From the NCBI GenBank assembly GCA_017991835.1, contig JAGOPY010000005.1, positions 12,148-76,147 on the forward strand: a stretch of DNA of 64,000 nucleotides, in the 5' to 3' direction. A model generated the notes under the pieces. That model was given only the letters and a program-made list of their open reading frames with translations, was not told where the DNA came from and ran no database searches. Position 1 is the first letter of the stretch; the number at the start of each line of letters is the position of its first letter. The stretch comes from Bacteroidales bacterium. Lineage in GTDB: Bacteria; Bacteroidota; Bacteroidia; Bacteroidales; JAGOPY01. Below are positions 55,692 to 64,000 of the stretch, one piece after another. The position numbers were made by a program, and so were the translations under genes.

Positions 55692-56636
55692 TCATTTTGT
55701 CTCTTCAAATTTTGCCATTCCGCTAATCGTCCCAATCCATTTTGTGCCGCTTGCATCTATACCTATTGATAAAACCACGTTATCGGGCAAGCCCGAATTG
55801 GAAATGTTGTAGGTCGTCCAGTTTGTCCCGTCAAATTCTGCTAAACCGTCGCCCCCAGTCCATTTTGATCCGCTCGAGTCTATGGCTATGGAACATACAT
55901 AGTCGCTGGGCAAGCCTGAATTGGAAGTATTGTAAGTTGTCCAGTTTGTCCCGTCAAAATTCGCCATTCCGCCACCATTAGTTCCAATCCACTTCGTGCC
56001 GCGTGCGTCAATGGCTATTGAAAGGACCACGTTGTGGGGCAAGCCCGAATTGGAAGTGTCATAGGTTGTCCAGTTTGTCCCGTCAAATTCTGCTAATCCG
56101 CCACCTCCAGTCCATTTCGTCCCGCTTGCGTCAATGGCTATTGATAAGACCACGTTATGGAGCAGGCCTGAATTTGACGTGTTGTAAATTGTCCAGTTTG
56201 TCCCGTCAAATTTCGCCATTCCGCCACCATTAGTCCCAATCCATTTCGTCCCGCTTGCGTCAATGGCGATTGACCATACATAGTTACTAGGCAGTCCCGA
56301 ATTGGAAGAGTTGTAGGTTGTCCAGTTCGTTCCATCAAATTCCGCCATTCCTTCAGTAGTCCCAATCCATTTCACCCCGCTTGTATCTAAGGCTATTGAC
56401 TCAATCCGATTATTGGGCAAACCCGAATTGGAAGTGTTGTAAAAAGTTGAAGTACCGGTAGCTTTATCAAGTTTTACTAAACCAACCTCTGTACCTGCCC
56501 AGATATTATTGCCTTCTATTGCCAAAGCAAGAATTTGATTCCCGCTATTGTATTTTATCCATTCTGGGTTTTGAGCATTTACCAAATTTTGAAAGATGAT
56601 TAATGCAACCGAGAGAAAAATCAATCTATTCATCAT
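55692..56636 (-). CDS. Secreted beta-propeller protein built of Reg_prop (two-component-regulator propeller) repeats
   Basis: 314 aa with a signal peptide. About six units of about 47 aa follow the consensus GTKWIGTNGGGMAKFDGTNWTTYNTSNSGLPSNYVWSIAIDASG. Confidence 0.75.
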   Translation of the reverse strand: MMNRLIFLSVALIIFQNLVNAQNPEWIKYNSGNQILALAIEGNNIWAGTEVGLVKLDKATGTSTFYNTSNSGLPNNRIESIALDTSGVKWIGTTEGMAEFDGTNWTTYNSSNSGLPSNYVWSIAIDASGTKWIGTNGGGMAKFDGTNWTIYNTSNSGLLHNVVLSIAIDASGTKWTGGGGLAEFDGTNWTTYDTSNSGLPHNVVLSIAIDARGTKWIGTNGGGMANFDGTNWTTYNTSNSGLPSDYVCSIAIDSSGSKWTGGDGLAEFDGTNWTTYNISNSGLPDNVVLSIGIDASGTKWIGTISGMAKFEETK

Positions 56637-56709
56637 ATTTCCTGTCAGTCGGATAAATTTAAAAAGCTCCGTGCCAGATCAAGTCTTAGCAACTACATTT
56701 TTTATAGGC

Positions 56710-57171
56710 TTACTTATTAACTGGTGCGCCCTCTCCTGTAGTCTTTGCAGGTGTTTGCTGGGCCGGGTTTGGCTGAACTGTCCCTGTGATACGCAATACA
56801 ACAGTATTGGTCTTTGCATTTGATCTTACCGTAACGGTTTTATTGATCGGGCCAGCTTTTTTGGTGTTGTAAGTCACTTGTATGGTATCAGAAGTACCGG
56901 GTAAAACAGGCTCCCTTGGCCAGGTAGGAACAGTACAACCGCATGAGGATTGTGGTTGCTGAAGTATAAGGGGTTCTTTACCGGTATTGGTGAACTTAAA
57001 AGTACAAACGCCATCTCCTCCGAACGCAACGGTTCCATAATCATGAACCAATTTATCGAAACTTATTTCAGGCGCATTAGGATTATCTGTTACTTTAACA
57101 GGTGTAGCGGACTGAGCAAAAACTCCTGCCAATGCTAATGACATGGCAATAACTAAAGCAATTTTTTTCAT
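56710..57171 (-). CDS. DUF1573 domain protein, secreted
   Basis: I moved the start to MKKIALVI (57171). The sequence reads FDKLVHDYGTVAFGGDGVCTFKFTNTGKEPLIL...SCGCTVPTWPREPVLPG.... Confidence 0.8.
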   Translation of the reverse strand: MKKIALVIAMSLALAGVFAQSATPVKVTDNPNAPEISFDKLVHDYGTVAFGGDGVCTFKFTNTGKEPLILQQPQSSCGCTVPTWPREPVLPGTSDTIQVTYNTKKAGPINKTVTVRSNAKTNTVVLRITGTVQPNPAQQTPAKTTGEGAPVNK

Positions 57172-57197
57172 TGTATGATCTCCTTTTGATAAGTTAA

Positions 57198-57243
57198 TGA
57201 CGCGAAAATACGTCAAAGATTAAAATAGACGTATATTTACGTC
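57198..57243. promoter_or_regulatory. Two inverted-repeat candidate operators in the divergent DUF1573/arsR intergenic region
   Basis: TGACG-CGAAAATA-CGTCA (57198-57215) and GACGTA-TATT-TACGTC (57228-57243). The position fits ArsR/SmtB autoregulation, but this is inference only. Confidence 0.35.
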
Positions 57244-57371
57244 AATAATTCAGCAATTTATATTTAGATCAATTATATATAGTGTTAAACGCTTATTTTT
57301 TTGCTATTTTTTTTGGATGGAATATCAAATTATATACTTTTGTTTCGTTATTTTACGAAATACGAAATGAA

Positions 57372-57740
57372 ATGAGCCATAAAAACACATATCTGTCTGA
57401 GGACCAGGAAAAGCTCTCTAGGTATGCCAAAGCGCTTTCGCATCCTGTCAGGGTCTTTGTATTGAATTACCTGGCAGATCATATCGATAGATGCTGTTAT
57501 TCGGGCGACATGGCTGAAGAACTACCTATTGCCCGATCGACTTTATCAGAACACCTGAATGAACTTAAAAAAGCGGGCTTGATACAGGGCGAGATCAATC
57601 CTCCCTTCATTAAATATTGCATCAACCGGCAAAACTGGGAAGAAGCGCGGATGATGATGAATGACTTTTTTACCAGGGATCTGAATAAGGATAATTTAAA
57701 TCTAGAAAATAATAAAGTACTATGGAAATCAAAATTTTAG
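57372..57740 (+). CDS. ArsR/SmtB-family metalloregulator
   Basis: I moved the start to the ATG at 57372 (MSHKNTY). AKALSHPVRVFVLNYLADHIDRCCYSGDMAEELPIARSTLSEHLNELKKAGLI has the wHTH and a CC pair in the alpha3 position. Confidence 0.8.
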   Translation: MSHKNTYLSEDQEKLSRYAKALSHPVRVFVLNYLADHIDRCCYSGDMAEELPIARSTLSEHLNELKKAGLIQGEINPPFIKYCINRQNWEEARMMMNDFFTRDLNKDNLNLENNKVLWKSKF

Positions 57741-57961
57741 GGACTGGATGCCCGAAATGCAAAACGCTGGAAAAACTTACCCGCGAGGTCGTGGAGCAAA
57801 ACAACATCAACGCGACCATCACCAAAGTGGAAGATATCATGGATATCATGAATTACGGTATCATGTCGACACCGGCCCTGGTCGTTAACGAAAAAGTGGA
57901 GATCAAAGGCCGGATCCCTTCGTCGGAAGAGATTATCAATATTTTAAAGAAATATCAATAA
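57722..57961 (+). CDS. Mini-thioredoxin (redox-active disulfide protein 2 / TM0996-MTH895 type), copy 1
   Basis: 79 aa; MEIKILGTGCPKCKTLE (CxxC) and ...TPALVVNEKVEIKGRIPS. Confidence 0.8.
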   Translation: MEIKILGTGCPKCKTLEKLTREVVEQNNINATITKVEDIMDIMNYGIMSTPALVVNEKVEIKGRIPSSEEIINILKKYQ

Positions 57962-57971
57962 TATACAGAAT

Positions 57972-58400
57972 ATGAAAAAGTTATATCTGATTATAATAGT
58001 CCTCGTCATGGTTTCCATGCAATTCTCCTGCAGTGGGCAATCAAATCCGAAACAAGATAGCAGGGAAGCTGAAATCACTTCCACGGTGGGAGTGTATTAT
58101 TTCCATTTTGAGCGAAGGTGTGTCACCTGCGTATCTGTTGAGGAAAATTCAAAGAAAGCAGTCGAAGAATTGTACCCGGAACAGGTGAAAACTGGTGAGT
58201 ATTTCTTTAAAGCTGTCAACCTGGATGAAGCTAGCGGTAAAGAGATTGGGGATAAGATGGATATAGGGATGCAGACCCTGGTGGTGGTACATGGCGACAA
58301 AAAGGTTGACATTACCGGGGAGGGCTTTATGTATGTGGATAATTACGACAGGCTCAAATCAGAAGTGAAAAAAGCCGTGGATAAAGCTTTAAAAGAGTAA
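57972..58400 (+). CDS. Thioredoxin-like lipoprotein with a CVTC motif (ArsF-family-like, by my recollection of PGAP naming)
   Basis: 142 aa; lipobox FSCSG; YYFHFERRCVTCVSVEE. Confidence 0.6.
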   Translation: MKKLYLIIIVLVMVSMQFSCSGQSNPKQDSREAEITSTVGVYYFHFERRCVTCVSVEENSKKAVEELYPEQVKTGEYFFKAVNLDEASGKEIGDKMDIGMQTLVVVHGDKKVDITGEGFMYVDNYDRLKSEVKKAVDKALKE

Positions 58401-58405
58401 GGCTG

Positions 58406-59104
58406 ATGGAATTTCTGCAAAGTATCCTGGATAACTCACAGTATGCCGTTCTCACGGCTTTCATACTTGGATTGATGACGGCTATCAGTCCCTGCCCTCT
58501 GGCGACAAATATCTCAGCTATCGGGTTCATAAGCAGAGACCTGGTAGACCGCCGGAAAGTTTTTCTAAATGGGCTCGTTTATACTCTTGGGAGGGTCATT
58601 TCTTATACCGGCCTGGCAGTCATTATTTATTTTGGCGCAAGCAAGATGGATGTGGCAGCGATTTTCCAGGGATGGGGAGAGAAACTTCTGGGACCAATAC
58701 TAATCATAATAGGTCTTTTAATGCTTGACATCATAAAGATAAAATTCCCCGGTTTTTCAAGACTGTCCGAAAAGATAGGTGAAGGTAGTAAAGGCAGTTA
58801 TTGGAGCACTTTATTGCTGGGAATGGTATTTGCACTGGCATTTTGTCCTTACAGCGGAGTCATTTACTTTGTCATGCTCATCCCTATGAGTATTGCCAGT
58901 GCAAGCGGTCTTTACCTTCCGGCAGTATTTGCTGTCGCCACAGGTTTGCCCGTAATAATTTTCGCCTGGTTACTGGCTTACGCGGTCGGGAATGTCGGGA
59001 AACTTTATAACCAGATAAAAACCTTTGAGCTCTGGTTCAGGCGTGTTGTGGCTGTTATTTTTATCGGGGTTGGAATTTATTATGTAATCATGATCTTTTT
59101 TTAA
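58406..59104 (+). CDS. DsbD/CcdA-like transmembrane thiol-disulfide transfer protein (ArsG-family-like, by recollection)
   Basis: 232 aa with about 6 TM helices. It has the CcdA-type motifs ISPCPLATN and FCPYSG. Confidence 0.65.
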   Translation: MEFLQSILDNSQYAVLTAFILGLMTAISPCPLATNISAIGFISRDLVDRRKVFLNGLVYTLGRVISYTGLAVIIYFGASKMDVAAIFQGWGEKLLGPILIIIGLLMLDIIKIKFPGFSRLSEKIGEGSKGSYWSTLLLGMVFALAFCPYSGVIYFVMLIPMSIASASGLYLPAVFAVATGLPVIIFAWLLAYAVGNVGKLYNQIKTFELWFRRVVAVIFIGVGIYYVIMIFF

Positions 59105-59158
59105 AAAAAATTTAATTCTTCATTTCGGTTTTTAGCGAAATGATTGAAAAAATATGAT

Positions 59159-60499
59159 ATGGAAAATAAAAAAGAATTAAAGATCCTTCTATGGATCGCC
59201 ATTATTTTCGGGGTGGCCTTTTTCCTGCCAATCGAAAGCGTGAGATTCAATACGGCCATTGATGCCACGTTCGACCTGGTGAAATGGTACGCCCGGGAAC
59301 ACGTCATCCTTTGCTTATTACCCGCCTTTTTCATTGCCGGAGTGATTTCAGTCTTTGTCAGCCAGGGTTCTGTACTGCGTTATTTCGGAGCCAATGCCAA
59401 AAAATGGCTGGCTTATACTGTAGCTGCTGTATCCGGAACCATACTGGCCGTATGTTCCTGTACCATTCTGCCCTTATTTTCGAGCATTCATAAGCGTGGT
59501 GCGGGTTTAGGACCGGCGATCGCTTTTCTGTATTCCGGACCGGCTATCAACATCCTGGCCATTATCCTTACAGCCCGGATACTCGGTTTTGAAATGGGCG
59601 TCGCTCGGACCATAGGAGCCGTGTCTTTTAGCGTGATTATAGGAATTGTGATGTCTCTGATATACAGCAAAGAGGAGGCAGTGAAAAGAGAAGAACAGAT
59701 GAACATTGAATTGCCCCCCGAAAAAAGGCCGATGTGGCAAACCTCCTTTCATTTTTTCATCCTGGTGCTGATCCTTGTTTTTGCCAACTGGGGTAGTCCC
59801 AGCGGTGACGATACCTCAAGTGCCTGGTATTACATCTGGGCTTATAAATGGTATATTACCGGTTTCTTCTCCCTGTTGCTCGGATATTCATTGATATACA
59901 TCCTGAAGATCAAATGGCAATGGGTACTTGGGGCTGTTATGGTTACGGCATTATCCGCCGTCCTTTCTTCATACTTTATTCCGGATGCAAAACTCAGTCC
60001 ACTGGTGCCGATGCTCGTCGGGATTGCTTCATTGGGATTGATCACGCTTCTTGATAAAAAAGACGAAGATAACCGGGAATGGACCATCTCAACCTGGGGA
60101 TTTGCCAAACAAATATTACCGTTACTTGCTATTGGGGTTGTTACGGCTGGTTTCCTGCTGGGATCCACCCATGACGGGAAAACGATTGCCGGTATCATTC
60201 CGAATGAATGGATATCATGGTTGGTTGGCGGAAATTCAGTTTTTTCTAATTTATTTGCATCGATAGTCGGTGCCTTTATGTACTTTGCTACCCTGACTGA
60301 AGTGCCAATCTTACAGGGGCTCATTGCTTCCGGCATGGGAAAAGGACCAGCACTGGCTTTACTGCTCGCCGGTCCTTCACTGTCATTGCCAAATATGCTC
60401 GTCATCCGCGGCGTCCTGGGGAACCAAAAAACAGCGGTTTATGTTATTCTGGTGATAATTATGGCCACTATCAGCGGGTTGATCTACGGTGCAATTTAA
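59159..60499 (+). CDS. DUF318/UPF0718 permease (ArsP-like)
   Basis: I moved the start to the ATG at 59159 (MENKKELK); the track uses a TTG at 59144. It has more than 8 TM helices, the paired-Cys motif AVCSCTILPLF, and two homologous halves. Confidence 0.75.
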   Translation: MENKKELKILLWIAIIFGVAFFLPIESVRFNTAIDATFDLVKWYAREHVILCLLPAFFIAGVISVFVSQGSVLRYFGANAKKWLAYTVAAVSGTILAVCSCTILPLFSSIHKRGAGLGPAIAFLYSGPAINILAIILTARILGFEMGVARTIGAVSFSVIIGIVMSLIYSKEEAVKREEQMNIELPPEKRPMWQTSFHFFILVLILVFANWGSPSGDDTSSAWYYIWAYKWYITGFFSLLLGYSLIYILKIKWQWVLGAVMVTALSAVLSSYFIPDAKLSPLVPMLVGIASLGLITLLDKKDEDNREWTISTWGFAKQILPLLAIGVVTAGFLLGSTHDGKTIAGIIPNEWISWLVGGNSVFSNLFASIVGAFMYFATLTEVPILQGLIASGMGKGPALALLLAGPSLSLPNMLVIRGVLGNQKTAVYVILVIIMATISGLIYGAI

Positions 60500-60511
60500 G
60501 AATAAAGGATA

Positions 60512-60766
60512 ATGCCAGTTAAAATTGTCATATTATGTCCCGGAAGCAAGTGTAAAAAGTGCAGACGGATGATCCAGCAAGTCAATGAGGCTGTAGCAGA
60601 AGCAGGACTTGATACCGATATAAAAATTCTGGATAAGATAGAGGAACTGTTGAAATTCAACACCTATGTCCTGCCTGCGCTGGTGATCAATAACAAGATG
60701 TTTGCCCGGGGTTACGTTCCTGAGAAAAGCAAGATCATCGGGGAAATGAAAAAGCAACCTGATTAA
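60512..60766 (+). CDS. Mini-thioredoxin (redox-active disulfide protein 2 type), copy 2
   Basis: 84 aa; VKIVILCPGSKCKKCRRM (CxxC) and ...LPALVINNKMFARGYVP. Confidence 0.75.
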   Translation: MPVKIVILCPGSKCKKCRRMIQQVNEAVAEAGLDTDIKILDKIEELLKFNTYVLPALVINNKMFARGYVPEKSKIIGEMKKQPD

Positions 60767-60780
60767 TCATCCTTACAAAA

Positions 60781-61194
60781 ATGGCACTTGACATCGAAAA
60801 ATACGGATTTGTGATCAATGGTTTAAGGCATGTTTCCGGGAAAGAAAGTATGGATATTCTGGAGGAGGAAGGATATATGCTTGATGTCAGGCCCGATTTT
60901 GAACTGACCAAGCTCATGAATCTAGAACACATCCTTTACTACCCTTATGATGAGATCAAAGAGCACTACCAGGAACTGCCCCGCGACACCTGGCTTATCC
61001 TTGCCGATGCCGTCGGCTTAAGAAGTAAAGAGATCGCATTATTTCTCAGGGAGAAGGGATTTTCAAATATTCTTCACCTGGCCGGTGGAGTGGTTGAATG
61101 GGAAAGGGATGGACTTCCGGTAACACTGGATAAAAGCCGTCGCTTGTCTGGCTCATGTATGTGTCAGCTCAGGCGCAGAGAAATTAAAAAATGA
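60781..61194 (+). CDS. Rhodanese-homology domain protein with the catalytic Cys replaced
   Basis: 137 aa. The active-site loop position reads LILADAVGLRSKE where CxxGxRS is expected (Asp in place of Cys). The C-terminal tail is SGSCMCQLRRR. Confidence 0.65.
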   Translation: MALDIEKYGFVINGLRHVSGKESMDILEEEGYMLDVRPDFELTKLMNLEHILYYPYDEIKEHYQELPRDTWLILADAVGLRSKEIALFLREKGFSNILHLAGGVVEWERDGLPVTLDKSRRLSGSCMCQLRRREIKK

Positions 61195-61216
61195 AAAACT
61201 CAATAAAACAGTTAAT

Positions 61217-61537
61217 ATGGACAAGACACCAATGGATTTATTAAAGGAATTCGCTCCTGAATTCGCCAAGCATCAAATGGATGAAAAGGCCTTGCTTTTT
61301 GAAAACGAGAAGTATCAGACCGTCCCTAAAAAGTACAAGATTCTTGCCGGAATAGCTGCTGCAGCTGTATTAGGCTCTGATACCTGCACCCAGATGTGGG
61401 TAAAACAAGCTAAAATGGCTGGAGTTACCAATGCAGAAATAACCGAAGCCATCATGGTGGCCAGGTACATGAAACAGGCCGTCGTGAATGATACGGTAAG
61501 TAATACACTTAGTTTATTATCCGATCAAAAATTATAG
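61217..61537 (+). CDS. Carboxymuconolactone-decarboxylase (AhpD-like) family protein
   Basis: 106 aa; KYKILAGIAAAAVLGSDTCTQMWVKQAKMAGVTNAEITEAIMVA. Confidence 0.65.
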   Translation: MDKTPMDLLKEFAPEFAKHQMDEKALLFENEKYQTVPKKYKILAGIAAAAVLGSDTCTQMWVKQAKMAGVTNAEITEAIMVARYMKQAVVNDTVSNTLSLLSDQKL

Positions 61538-61542
61538 ATATT

Positions 61543-61788
61543 ATGTTGGAAATTAAAGTTTTAGGACCTGGATGTGCAAACTGCATCCGGCTGGAGCGCA
61601 TGGTTTACAATGCTTGTGCAAAATTGAACCTGGATGCTGATATCCAGAAAATTACCGATATGAACGAGTACCCGAAATATGGATTGATGATGACACCGGG
61701 ACTTGTGGTTAACGGGAAATTGCTGTTACAAGGGAAAGTTCCGACAGAATCCACACTTGAGAATTGGCTGTTGAAGGGAACCAGGTAA
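61543..61788 (+). CDS. Mini-thioredoxin (redox-active disulfide protein 2 type), copy 3
   Basis: 81 aa; MLEIKVLGPGCANCIRLE (CxxC) and ...TPGLVVNGKLLLQGKVPT. Confidence 0.8.
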   Translation: MLEIKVLGPGCANCIRLERMVYNACAKLNLDADIQKITDMNEYPKYGLMMTPGLVVNGKLLLQGKVPTESTLENWLLKGTR

Positions 61789-61867
61789 TTTCGAATTGGG
61801 CTGAAATAGTGTGATTTAGATCAAATGAGAACGTCATCAATTTCGTTGAATTACAATTAGACCTGCC

Positions 61868-64000
61868 ATGAAAAAAATTTTAACGGCTGTCTTAATAGCC
61901 TATATCCTGGTAATTGTCGTTTATACGCTTTATCAGACAAGAGTCCCGGATACGATTCGGCCAATAGACCCTGAGCTCATTTCCACCACCGGGGTCTGTC
62001 CTCCATTTTACCTTTATGATGAAGATGGGAATCTCATCAATCCCATCGCAGGGCTGAATGCAGATAAACCATACTCGCCTAAACAAACCTGCGGGAAATG
62101 CCATGATTATGACAAGATCACACAGGGGTTTCATTTTCAGCAGGGAAAAGACGAAGTCCCCGACGAAATCCTGACCAGACGCAGCCAGTGGGTATCCCAT
62201 CCGGGCAATTATGGCGGAAACTGGTGTTCTCCGGCCCCGCTCTACAGCTATTTGTCGCCTAAGGAAAACTCAGACGAGAAATTAATCGACATGACCTCTT
62301 ATACCTTTATTAATAAGTGCGGGGTTTGTCACCCTGGAGGAGGGCCATTGGAATACGATAGGGATAATTTGAGATACGACCATGTCGTAGCGGATTCCAC
62401 GTATCAGTTTGCCGATGGAGGGATTAACAAGCTTGACGGAGATTATTACAAGGCGAAATGGGCGTCCAGCGGGGTAATCGAAGCGGATTGCTTCATCTGC
62501 CACCTGCATCAGTACAATAACAAAGAACGGGTAAAGCAAATTCAAAAATATAATTACCGTTACGCCGCCCTGGCTGGTTCAGGCTTAGGGAATGTAACCG
62601 GCTCAGTTGCCGATGGCGTACCGGTCAGTGTGGAATATAATGCTGCTATGTTCAATCCCAATGGCACTATAGAGCCCAATATCATCACAGAGCCCAGGAA
62701 TAGCGCATGCCTCTGGTGCCACGCCAAGCCCGGCTATAAGAAACGTGGCACCGATTTCACGACCAGAAGCGATGTGCACATGCGTGCCGGCTTGAAATGC
62801 GTGGATTGCCATGTGGCGGGAAGCATGGCTATGGACGCACGAATCCGCGGAAAAGAAGTCCACCAGTTCGGCAAAGGGGATGATCCTTCCGGCATGGTCC
62901 GGGATGACCTGGATAATACCCTGCGAACCTGCCAGGATTGCCACAATACCGGCTATTTGGGTGCTCCTATAGCCCAACATGCTTGGCTCCCACCGCTTCA
63001 CCTGGAAAAGATTTCCTGTCAGGCTTGTCATATTCCTGAAAGGTATGTTAAATCAGCACATTATGTGGCCAGTGACCTGTTTAATCCCGGCACAAAAATA
63101 CCCGATAAGGGCAAATACCTCTGGACCTTCTACGGTCCGGATATGAATTACTGGAACCATTACGGAGACCTGGAAATGATGGGCTATGAAGATAAATCCA
63201 CTTTTGCCTTTAAACCTGAGTTAATCCGGTACAAAGGGCAAATCTTCCCGGTAAACAGGGTACACAGTTCCTGGCCAGGGATAAAGATCGACGGACAGGA
63301 AAGCCTGATGCAGCCTAAGATGAGCGATGTTTACAAAATGTGGTCGATGCACCGTAATGATGGAGCCAAATACAACGAATTGTCACTGATCCGTGATGAC
63401 AACAAGGATAGTATAACCGAAATCAATCGCCCGGAAGAGATTGATGCGCTCATTTCCGCGCTGTCGCGCTTCTTAAATGATATTGACTATCCAATGGATG
63501 GAAAGCAAGTGGTCTGGGTGATGAACGACAGGGTTTATACTTCGGGCAGTGAATATCAGGAAATTCCTATGATGGAATGGGAAGCCTCCGCCTATGGCAA
63601 TGTGCACAAATACAGCCATGATATCAAGCCCGCGAAAAGCGCCCTGGGATCGACCGGATGCCTGGATTGTCATTCCACTCAATCCTCCTTCTTCTTCGCA
63701 TCCTCATTAAAATATCCTTTTGATGAAGCGGGAAACCCGGTGGTCGAATCGCAATACAATAACTTGGGTATAAGCGGTTTTCAGGTTTATGCCGGGGTGT
63801 TCAGGGAAAGCATCGTAAAACCTTTATTGTATTTTATCCTGTTTGCGCTTGCGTTCCTTGTCTTATTTGATTTGTTGATAAACAGTCTCGTTAAGGATTC
63901 AATCATAAACGGCAGGCAGCAGAAAATTATTTTACGACTGATCCCGGTGGTAATCATTAGTGTCGGCCTATTTGCCTTGTTTGCTGTTGATCTGGCCCGG
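61868..64000 (+). CDS. Membrane-anchored octaheme c-type cytochrome (partial; open to the window end)
   Basis: It is not in the ORF track because no stop is reached. My hand translation from the ATG at 61868 stays open for 711 codons. There is an N-terminal TM helix. There are eight in-frame CXXCH motifs: CGKCH, CGVCH, CFICH, CLWCH, CVDCH, CQDCH, CQACH, CLDCH. TM helices are present near the end. The minus-strand ORFs here are shadows. Confidence 0.85.
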   Translation, partial: MKKILTAVLIAYILVIVVYTLYQTRVPDTIRPIDPELISTTGVCPPFYLYDEDGNLINPIAGLNADKPYSPKQTCGKCHDYDKITQGFHFQQGKDEVPDEILTRRSQWVSHPGNYGGNWCSPAPLYSYLSPKENSDEKLIDMTSYTFINKCGVCHPGGGPLEYDRDNLRYDHVVADSTYQFADGGINKLDGDYYKAKWASSGVIEADCFICHLHQYNNKERVKQIQKYNYRYAALAGSGLGNVTGSVADGVPVSVEYNAAMFNPNGTIEPNIITEPRNSACLWCHAKPGYKKRGTDFTTRSDVHMRAGLKCVDCHVAGSMAMDARIRGKEVHQFGKGDDPSGMVRDDLDNTLRTCQDCHNTGYLGAPIAQHAWLPPLHLEKISCQACHIPERYVKSAHYVASDLFNPGTKIPDKGKYLWTFYGPDMNYWNHYGDLEMMGYEDKSTFAFKPELIRYKGQIFPVNRVHSSWPGIKIDGQESLMQPKMSDVYKMWSMHRNDGAKYNELSLIRDDNKDSITEINRPEEIDALISALSRFLNDIDYPMDGKQVVWVMNDRVYTSGSEYQEIPMMEWEASAYGNVHKYSHDIKPAKSALGSTGCLDCHSTQSSFFFASSLKYPFDEAGNPVVESQYNNLGISGFQVYAGVFRESIVKPLLYFILFALAFLVLFDLLINSLVKDSIINGRQQKIILRLIPVVIISVGLFALFAVDLAR

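Noticed and set aside
61892-63031. Minus-strand ORFs of 87-142 aa listed in the track
   Set aside because: The plus frame carries eight in-frame CXXCH motifs and no stop for 711 codons, so these are antisense shadows.

Overview
The window looks like a Bacteroidota chromosome. Evidence: T9SS type A and type B C-terminal sorting domains, a PorP/SprF gene, four TonB-dependent-receptor-type loci, DUF1573, and a FISUMP domain. All family calls come from motif recognition by eye on the supplied translations; no BLAST, HMM or folding program was run. Repeat and hairpin coordinates were hand-counted and may be off by 1-3 nt. Positions 1-19.3 kb and 25-48.5 kb are mostly core genes: lptB, kdsD, recQ, deoC, era, der, pyrC and ppk1. 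They also hold a giant beta-helix adhesin operon with OmpA-like and PorP/SprF partners, a secreted endonuclease I / TonB receptor / LTD locus, and a lipoprotein-TonB receptor operon. Positions 19.3-25.1 kb are an accessory patch at an initiator tRNA-Met gene. This patch carries degenerate 5' and 3' copies of the tRNA, two secreted-protein cassettes, several families of hairpin repeats and very AT-rich spacers. From 48.6 kb onward a tyrosine integrase sits next to an orphan 3' fragment of a tRNA-Pro(GGG)-like gene. Behind it are an AbiEi/AbiEii pair, an overlapping AAA_21-type ATPase + RloB/Toprim pair (AbiL/PARIS-like architecture), an orphan 208-aa ORF and about 0.7 kb of hairpin-rich non-coding DNA. 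After that come an ArsR-headed thiol/redox-permease cluster with three paralogous mini-thioredoxins and an octaheme c-type cytochrome that runs off the window end. The best candidate for an undescribed system is the 52.2-55.7 kb tail of the integrase island, made of the ATPase-RloB pair, the orphan ORF and the structured non-coding DNA. No CRISPR array, rRNA or transposase was seen. The genome is unusually rich in 7-14 nt tandem repeats placed at gene boundaries.
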